Source: Azolla caroliniana
Taxonomy: Eukaryota > Plantae > Polypodiophyta
Assembly (NCBI GenBank): GCA_043228905.1
Contig: JBHGNT010000082.1
Span: forward strand, 1-64,000
DNA length: 64,000 nt
Reading direction: 5' to 3'
The notes beneath the pieces were generated by a model. The model saw nothing but the letters and a program-made list of their open reading frames with translations. It did no database searches and had not been told where the DNA came from. Position numbers and translations under genes: made by a program. Shown here in pieces: positions 29,641 to 37,871 of the stretch (position 1 is its first letter; the number at the start of each line of letters is the position of its first letter).

Positions 29641-32600
29641 ATATCAAAGCTAGCGTTGTTAGCTCCGATTCGTATGTTTGAACACAAAAATCCGATATTA
29701 CACGAGCTAGGTATGACTATTTTAATTTACTCACTCGCTCTTCTCAACTCCCTCCTCATGTCTCTCGACCTGAGTTTCAAAATCTCGATTTTTTAATTCT
29801 ATATCATAGCTAGCCTTGTTAGCTTCGATTCGCATGTTTGAACACAGAAATCCGATATCACACGAGCCAGGCATGACCATTTTAATTTACTTACTGGCTC
29901 TTCTCAACTCCCTCCTTAAATATGTTAATTTTGTCATATCTCTCGACCTGAGTTTCAAAATCTCGATCTTCTAATTCTATATCATAGCTAGCGTCGTTAT
30001 CTTCGAGTCGCATGTTTGAACACATAAATCCGATATCACACGAGCCAGCTATGACCATTTTAATTTACACACTAGCACTTCTCTACTCCCTCCTCAAATA
30101 TGCTAATTTCCTCATGTCTCTCGAACTGAGTTTCAAAATCTCGATTTTTTAATTCTATGTCATAGCTAGCCTTGTTAGCTTCGATTCGCATGTTTGAACA
30201 CAGAAATCCGTTATCACACGAGCCACGTATGACCATTTTAATTTACTCACTGGCTCTTCTCAACTCCCTCCTGAAATATGCTAATTTCGGCATGTCTTTC
30301 GACGTGAGTTTCAAAATCTTGATTTTTAAATTCTATATCAAAGCTAGCGTTGTTAGCTCCGATTCGCATGTTTGAACACAAAAATCCGATATTACACGAG
30401 CCAGGTATGACCATTTTAATTTACTCACTCGCTCTTCTCAACTCCCTCCTCAAATATGCTAATTTCCTCATGTCTCTCGACCTGAGTTTCAAAATCTCGA
30501 TTTTTTAATTCTATATCATAGCTAGCCTTGTTAGCTTCGATTTGCATGTTTGAACACAGAAATCCGATATCACACGAGCCAGGTATGACCATTTTAATTT
30601 ACTCACTGGCTCTTCTTAACTCCCTCCTTAAATATGTTAATTTCGTCATGTCTCTCGACCTAAGTTTCAAAATCTTGATATTTTAATTCTATATCATAGC
30701 TAGCGTTGTTATCTTCGATTCGCATGTTTGAACACAAATATCCGATATCACACGTGCCAGGTATGAACATTTTAATTTACTGACGTACTCTTCTCCACTA
30801 CCTCCTCAAATTTGTTACTTTCCTCATGTCTCTCGGCCTCAGTTTTAAAATTATAATTTGTCAATTCAATATCATAGCTAGCATGGTTAACTTTGATTCG
30901 CATGTTTGAACACAAAAATCTGATATCACACGAGCCAGGTATGAACATTTTAATTTACTGACGCACTCTTCTCAACTCCCTCCTCCAACATGCTAATTTC
31001 CTCATGTCTTTCGACGTCAGTTTCAAAATCTTGATTTTTTAATTCTATATCATAGCTAGCGTTGTTAGCTTCGATTCGCATGTTTGAACACAGAAATCCG
31101 ATATCACACGTGCCAGGTATGAACATTTTAATTTACTCACACACTCTTCTCCACTACCTCCTCAAATTTGCTAATTTCCTCATGTCTCTCGGCCTCAGTT
31201 TTAAAATTCTAATTTTTCAATTCAATATCATAGCTAGCGTTGTTAACCTCGATTCGCATGTTTGAACACAGAAATCCGATATCACACGAGCCAGGTATGA
31301 CCATTTTAATTTACTCACTGGCTCTTCTCAACTCCTTCCTTAAATATGTTAATTTCGTCATGTCTCTCGACCTGAGTTTCCAAATCTCGATTTTTTAATT
31401 CTATATCATAGCTAGCTTTGTTAGCTTCGGTTCGCATTTTTAAACACAAAAATCCGATATCACACGAGCCAGGTATGATTATTTTAATTTAGTCACTGGC
31501 TCTTCTCCACTCCATCCTCAAATATGCGAATTTCCTCATGTCTCTTGACCTGAGTTTCAAAATCTCGATTTTTTAATTCTATGTCATACCTAGCCTTGTT
31601 AGCTTCGATTCGCATGTTTGAACACCGAAATCCGATATCACACGAGCCACGTATGACCATTTTAATTAACTGACGCACTCTTCTCCACTACCTCCTCAAA
31701 ATTTACTAATTTCGTCATGTCTCTCGGCCTCAGTTTTAAAATTATGAATTTTCAATTCAATATCATAGCTAGCGTTGTTAACTTCGATTCGCATGTTTGA
31801 ACACAGAAATCCGATATCACACGAGCCAGGTATGACCATTTTAATTTACTCACTGGCTCTTCTCAACTCCCTCCTCAAATATGTTAATTTTTTCATGTCT
31901 CTCGAACTGAGTTTCAAAATCTCGATTTTTTAATTCTATATCATAGCTAGCCTTGTTAGCTTCGATTCGCATGTTTGAACACAGAAATCCGATATCACAC
32001 GAGCCAGGTGTGACCATTTTAATTTACTCACTCGCTCTTCTCAACTCCCTCCTCCAACATGCTAATTTCCTCATGTCTCTCGACGTGAGTTTCAAAATCT
32101 TGATTTTTTAATTCTATATCAAAGCTAGCGTAGTTATCTTCGATTCGCATGTTTGAACACAAAAATCCGATATCACACGAGCCAGGTATGACCATTTTAA
32201 TTTACTCACTGGCTCTTCTCTACTCCCTCCTCAAATATGCTAATTTCCTCATGTCTCTCGAACTGAGTTTCAAAATCTCGATTTTTTAATTCTATGTCAT
32301 AGCTAGCCTTGTTAGCTTCGATTCGCATGTTTGAACACAGAAATCCGATATCACACGAGCCACGTATGACCATTTTAATTTACTCACTGGCTCTTCTCAA
32401 CTACCTCCTGAAATATGCTAATTTCGGCATGTCTTTCGACGTGAGTTTCAAAATCTTGATTTTTAAATTCTATATCAAAGCTAGCGTTGTTAGCTCCGAT
32501 TCGCATGTTTGAACACAAAAATCCGATATTACACGAGCTAGGTATGACTATTTTAATTTACTCACTCGCTCTTCTCAACTCCCTCCTCAAATATGCTAAT

Positions 32601-35600
32601 TTCCTCATGTCTCTCGACCTGAGTTTCAAAATCTCGATTTTTTAATTCTATATCATAGCTAGCCTTGTTAGCTTCGATTCGCATGTTTGAACACAGAAAT
32701 CCGATATCACACGAGCCAGGCATGACCATTTTAATTTACTGACTGGCTCTTCTCAACTCCCTCCTTAAATATGTTAATTTTGTCATATCTCTCGACCTGA
32801 GTTTCAAAATCGCGATCTTCTAATTCTATATCATAGCTAGCGTTGTTATCTTCGAGTCGCATGTTTGAACACATAAATCCGATATCACACGAGCCAGCTA
32901 TGACCATTTTAATTTACACTCTAGCACTTCTCAACTCCCTCCTCAAATATGCTAATTTCCTCATGTCTCTCGACTTTCGTTTCAAAATCTTGATTTTTAA
33001 TTCTATATCATAGCTAGCCTTGTTAGCTTCGATTCGCATGTTTGAACACAGAAATCCGATATCACACGAGCCAGGTATGACCATTTTAATTTACTCACTG
33101 GCTCTTCTCAACTCCCTCCTCCAACATGCTAATTTCCTCATGTCTTTCGACGTCAGTTTCAAAATCTCGATTTTTTAATTCTATATCATAGCTAGCCTTG
33201 TTAGCTTCGATTTGCATGTTTGAACACAGAAATCCGATATCACACGAGCCAGGTATGACCATTTCGTCATGTCTCTCGACCTAAGTTTCAAAATCTCGAT
33301 TTTTTAATTCTATATCATAGCTAGCGTTGTTATCTTCGATTCGCATGTTTGAACACAAATATCCGATATCACACGTGCCAGGTATGAACATTTTAATTTA
33401 CTGACGTACTCTTCTCCACTACCTCCTCAAATTTGTTACTTTCCTCATGTCTCTCGGCCTCAGTTTTAAAATTATAATTTGTCAATTCAATATCATAGCT
33501 AGCATGGTTAACTTTGATTCGCATGTTTGAACACAAAAATCTGATATCACACGAGCCAGGTATGAACATTTTAATTTACTGACGCACTCTTCTCCACTCC
33601 CTCCTCAAATATGTTAATTTCGTCATGTCTCTCGACCTGAGTTTCAAAATCTTGATTTTTTAATTCTATATCATAGCTAGCGTTGTTAGCTTCGATTCGC
33701 ATGTTTGAACACAGAAATCCGATATCACACGTGCCAGGTATGAACATTTTAATTTACTAACACACTCTTCTCCACTACCTCCTCAAATTTGCTAATTTCC
33801 TCATGTCTCTCGGCCTCAGTTTTAAAATTCTAATTTTTCAATTCAATATCATAGCTAGCGTTGTTAACCTCGATTCGCATGTTTGAACACAGAAATCCGA
33901 TATCACACGAGCCAGGTATGACCATTTTAATTTACTCACTGGCTCTTCTCAACTCCTTCCTTAAATATGTTAATTTCGTCATGTCTCTCGACCTGAGTTT
34001 CAAAATCTCGATTTTTTAATTCTATATCATAGCTAGCTTTGTTAGCTTCGATTCGCATGTTTGAACACAAAAATCCGATATCACACGAGCCAGGTATGAC
34101 TATTTTAATTTACTCACTGGCTCTTCTCCACTCCCTCATCAAATATGCGAATTTCCTCATGTCTCTCGACCTGAGTTTCAAAATCTCGATTTTTTAATTC
34201 TATGTCATAGCTAGCCTTGTTAGCTTCGATTCGCATGTTTGAACACAGAAATCCGATATCACACGAGCCACGTATGACCATTTTAATTTACTGACGCACT
34301 CTTCTCCACTACCTCCTCAAATTTGCTAATTTCGTCATGTCTCTCGGCCTCAGTTTTAAAATTATCAATTTTCAATTCAATATCATAGCTAGCGTTGTTA
34401 ACTTCGATTCGTATGTTTGAACACAGAAATCCGATATCACACGAGCCAGGTATGACCATTTTAATTTACTCACTGGCTCTTCTCAACTCCCTCCTCAAAT
34501 ATGGTAATTTCCTCATGTCTCTCGACCTGAGTTTCAAAATCTCGATTTTTTAATTCTATATCATAGCTAGCCTTGTTAGCTTCGATTCGCATGTTTGAAC
34601 ACAGAAATCCGATATCACACGAGCCAGGTGTGACCATTTTAATTTACTCACTCGCTCTTCTAAACTCCCTCCTCAAATATGCTAATTTCCTCATGTCTCT
34701 CGACGTGAGTTTCAAAATCTTGATTTTTTAATTCTATATCAAAGCTAGCGTAGTTAACTTCGATTCGCATGTTTGAACACAAAAATCCGATATCACACGA
34801 GCCAGGTATGACCATTTTAATTTACTCACTGGCTATTCTCAACTCCCTCCTCAAATATGCTAATTTTCTCATGTCTATCGACCTGAGTTTCAAAATCTTG
34901 ATTTTTTAATTCTATATTATAGCTAGCCTTGTTAGCTTCGATTCGCATGTTTGAACACAGAAATCCGATATCACACGAGCCAGGTATGACCATTTTAATT
35001 TACTCACACGCTCTTCTCAACTCCCTCCTCAAATATGCTAATTTCGTCATGTCTCTCGATCTGAGTTTCAAAATCTTGATATTTTAATTCTATATCATAG
35101 CTAGCGTTGTTAGCGTCGATTCGCATGTTTGAACACAAAAATCCGATATCACACGAGCCAGGTGTGAACATTTTGATTTACTCACTGGCTCTTCTCAACT
35201 CCTTCTTGAAATATGCTAATTTCCTCATGTCTCTCGACCTGAGTTTCAAAATCTTGATTTTTTAATTCTATATCATAGCTAGCGTTGTTAGCTTCGATTC
35301 GCATGTTTGAACACAAAAATCCGATATCACACGAGCCAGGTATGAACATTTTAATTTACTCACTAGCTCTTCTCAACTCCCTCCTCAAATATTGTAATTT
35401 CTTCATGTCTCTCGACCTGAGTTTCAAAATCTCGATTATTTAATTCTATATCATAGCTAGCGTTGTTATCTTCGATTCGGATGTTTGAACACAAAAATCC
35501 GATATCACACGTGCCAGGTATGAACATTTTAATTTACTGACGCACTCTTCTGCACTACCTCCTCAAATTTGCTAATTTCCTCATGTCTCTCGGCCTCAGT

Positions 35601-35797
35601 TTTAAAATTAAAAATTTTCAATTCAATATCATAGCTAACGTTGTTAACTTCGATTCGCATGTTTGAACACAAAAATCTGATATCACACGAGCCCGGTATG
35701 AACATTTTAATTTAATCACAACCTCTTCTCAACTCCCTCCTCAAATATGCTTATTTTTTCATGTCTCTCGACCTGAGTTTCAAAATCTCGATTTTTT
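1..35797 (+). repeat. 178-bp tandem satellite array, left arm (about 200 monomers), likely centromeric/pericentromeric
   Basis: Continuous head-to-tail repetition; by-eye consensus AGCCTTGTTAGCTTCGATTCGCATGTTTGAACACAGAAATCCGATATCACACGAGCCAGGTATGACCATTTTAATTTACTCACTGGCTCTTCTCAACTCCCTCCTCAAATATGCTAATTTCCTCATGTCTCTCGACCTGAGTTTCAAAATCTCGATTTTTTAATTCTATATCATAGCT (178 nt). Spacings between the recurring 65-aa ORFs are all n x 178 minus 3 per 175-bp variant. The centromeric role is inferred only from monomer length and HOR organisation. Confidence 0.98.
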
Positions 35798-35859
35798 GCT
35801 ATGACCGTAGGATCGTGACAAGGAGTGCGAGCGAACTAGCACAACTATTGAGATGATAT

Positions 35860-36010
35860 GGGAAGAGTAAGAAAAGAAATAAAGCAATGATGCAAGTGAA
35901 ACTAAGGTGAGTAGGATTAGAGGTGACCAAGAGTAAAAGAGAATGAGAGAATGAGATGAAAGAAGAAGAGAAGAAGAGAAGAGTGAGTGAGAAAAGAGAA
36001 AAGAGAAAAG
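35860..36010 (+). repeat. Purine-rich low-complexity tract (polypyrimidine on element sense strand)
   Basis: AGAAGAAGAGAGAAGAAGAGAAGAGTGAGTGAGAAAAGAGAAAAGAGAAAAG and similar, downstream of the hammerhead. Confidence 0.8.
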
Positions 36011-36032
36011 CTTAAGAAATTTTCATTAGAAA

Positions 36033-36084
36033 GACCTTGTGCAAACTAGTTTCGCTCTAGGTAGAGCTCATCAGTGCCAAGGTC
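36033..36084 (-). ncRNA. Minimal type I hammerhead ribozyme
   Basis: Minus strand reads GACCUUG-GCA-CUGAUGA-GCUCU(ACCU)AGAGC-GAA-AC(UA)GU-U-UGC-A-CAAGGUC. Both core boxes CUGAUGA and GAAA are present. Helix I is 3+7 bp with a bulged A, helix II is 5 bp, helix III is the palindrome ACUAGU. Predicted cleavage after GUU, between 36044 and 36043. Confidence 0.93.
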
Positions 36085-36104
36085 ATTTACAACAAGAGGG
36101 TAGG

Positions 36105-36112
36105 TTTATATA
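36105..36112 (-). promoter_or_regulatory. Candidate TATA box of the element's 3' UTR/pseudo-LTR promoter
   Basis: Minus strand CCCCC-TATATAAA-CC; the first T is 28 nt upstream of the 5' end of hammerhead helix I. Motif and position only. Confidence 0.5.
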
Positions 36113-36118
36113 GGGGGA

Positions 36119-36120
<2 letters not shown>

Positions 36121-36170
<50 letters not shown>
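36121..36170 (+). repeat. (GA)25 microsatellite, (TC)25 on the element sense strand
   Basis: Perfect 50-bp dinucleotide run inside the element's 3' UTR. Confidence 0.98.
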
Positions 36171-36173
<3 letters not shown>

Positions 36174-36283
36174 GGAGTTTAATGATGGGAGAGAGGGAAA
36201 CGGGGAATTGTGATAGGTAATGGATTGGTTAGTGAAAGTGGGTTAGAGGGGGGTTATATGTATGTACATGATAAGTGATAGGT

Positions 36284-36304
36284 GGGGGTGGGTGTGGGGG
36301 TGGG
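36284..36304 (+). other. Canonical G-quadruplex-forming motif
   Basis: GGGGG-T-GGG-TGT-GGGGG-T-GGG: four G-runs with 1-3 nt loops, about 20 nt past the RT stop codon, on the strand equivalent to first-strand cDNA. Confidence 0.6.
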
Positions 36305-36323
36305 ATATAAAAGGCATATAGTA

Positions 36324-37871
36324 TTAAGTGGGATTTTTTATGGATTTATATTTAGTTTTGACGAGAAGGGAATGAATGGACTTAGACTTAGTCCAACATA
36401 TGAAGGGTCGCGGTAGTTCGGATAGTTGGGGATGTGTGGCTAAATCTGCGTGGAGGTTTTCTAGCATGTCGTGAATTCCTAATCTAGGGGTATCTTTCGT
36501 ATACCTAAGTTTGAAGATGACAGGTATAAGGGTACTTTTAGGTTTTCTACTAAATACTAGTGATTTCCTGGCGTTAAATGGCACCTTTTTATAATTCTCT
36601 AATATAAAAGAAAGGGGATACCCTCTCTTAACTAATCTACTAAAAAATAGTTTTTTCATTCGAAGGAAACCTAAGGGGGTACTTTCTCTAATTAGGTATC
36701 GTTTTAGTTCATTAATAATAAAATGACGTTTTAAGTGAAGGGGGTGAACTGACGAGAATGAGAGATATTGGTAGGCATTTTGAGGCTTTTGGTAGCAATT
36801 AAAGGAGAAATGTGAATTCTTTAGGTTAATCCATAAATCTAAGAACGGTAATCTAAAGGGAGAAGTGGTGATGGTAATTTTGATGCAATTATTAGTGGAG
36901 GTGTTATAGAACTGGAGGTAATTTTCTAATTCGGGTTTAGTACCTGTCCATATCCCGAATGCATCATCTATATATCTAGTGAAATAAAAAAGATTAGGGT
37001 GTGATGGCTGGGAGTTCTCTAAGTGAGCTAAGAATAGGCATGCATAAACTACAGAAAAATTACTACCCATGGCTGTACCCTTGACTTGTTGATAGATCAT
37101 GTCATCAAAGGATAGAAAGTGATATTCTAATGTGAGTGCGCTAAGTGTATAGATAAGGTTAGTTTTAGAAGATGAAAAATGTGGGGTAATCATTTTTCGT
37201 AAAGCTTGGAGTCCTAACCTAGGGGGTATGCTGGGATATAGAGATTCAACATCAAAGGTGAAGATAAAGCTATTAGGGGGTGGGTTGAGATGTTCTAAAG
37301 TCTGGACAAGGGAATGTGAGTCTTTCAAATATTGCTTTTGAAGGAGAAGGATAGGCATGAGTTGGTGGTGAAGCCATTTTGATGTTTGTTCAAAAAGGGA
37401 GTTATTGTATGAGCAAATAGGTCTAAAACCTATTGGGTTTTTATGGAGTTTTGGGAGGAAATAGATATTGCATACTTTGTACCCTTTTGAGGGTTTATGT
37501 AGTATGTAATTGGCTTCTATGTTGGATAGGGTACCAAGATGGTTATTAACAATGTTTTTCAATCTATAGGATAATTCCTCAAGTGGATAGTGGGAGACTT
37601 TTTTATATGTATTAGTATCAGAAAGGTGTTCTATAGCTTTGTTATAGTACGTGTCCTTATCAAGAACACACACTCCACCATTCTTGTCAGCAGGTAGGAT
37701 TATGATTTTGTTGTTTTTCTTAAGAGATTGTAAGGCTAGTGATAAGTGAGGTGCAATCCTAGTGGGTTTTAATTTGAGTGTATGAAGTGTGTCCCTAAAG
37801 ATAGTTTGGTGTTTAGATATAATGTTTTCTAAGGGAGTGTACTTAGTAGGAGGTTGCCAACTAGGGTTAGG
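36324..37871 (-). CDS. Penelope-like reverse transcriptase (RT core + thumb), N-terminally truncated, 515 codons, no C-terminal GIY-YIG
   Basis: PLE motifs in order: NPSWQPP, ILPADKNGGVCVLDK, YFLPKLHK, GFRPICS, TFDVESLYPSI (motif A), GTAMGSNFS (B'), RYIDD (C; YIDD at 36974-36963), LPFLDL, YQKP...YLSFSSVHP, LVKRGYP, KSIHSLLV then stop. The first 17 codons of the ORF-track call (37922-37872) are satellite read-through; no native start codon is present. Confidence 0.93.
   Translation of the reverse strand, partial: PNPSWQPPTKYTPLENIISKHQTIFRDTLHTLKLKPTRIAPHLSLALQSLKKNNKIIILPADKNGGVCVLDKDTYYNKAIEHLSDTNTYKKVSHYPLEELSYRLKNIVNNHLGTLSNIEANYILHKPSKGYKVCNIYFLPKLHKNPIGFRPICSYNNSLFEQTSKWLHHQLMPILLLQKQYLKDSHSLVQTLEHLNPPPNSFIFTFDVESLYPSIPPRLGLQALRKMITPHFSSSKTNLIYTLSALTLEYHFLSFDDMIYQQVKGTAMGSNFSVVYACLFLAHLENSQPSHPNLFYFTRYIDDAFGIWTGTKPELENYLQFYNTSTNNCIKITITTSPFRLPFLDLWINLKNSHFSFNCYQKPQNAYQYLSFSSVHPLHLKRHFIINELKRYLIRESTPLGFLRMKKLFFSRLVKRGYPLSFILENYKKVPFNARKSLVFSRKPKSTLIPVIFKLRYTKDTPRLGIHDMLENLHADLATHPQLSELPRPFICWTKSKSIHSLLVKTKYKSIKNPT

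Larger units (their letters stand above)
35798..37871 (-). mobile_element. 5'-truncated Penelope-like retroelement (PLE) inserted in the satellite
   Basis: The only non-satellite sequence in the window (2074 bp). PLE-type RT frame plus a 526-nt 3' UTR carrying a minimal hammerhead ribozyme. No LTRs, TIRs or TSD. Confidence 0.93.

Noticed and set aside
36306-36313. Plus-strand TATAAAAG as an antisense promoter
   Set aside because: An isolated AT-rich motif with no supporting context.
37862-37871. TAGGGTTAGG telomere-like 10-mer at the element's 5' junction
   Set aside because: Under two repeat units, and it encodes the in-frame PNPS of the PLE-typical W.PP motif region. Most likely coincidence, not telomere addition.
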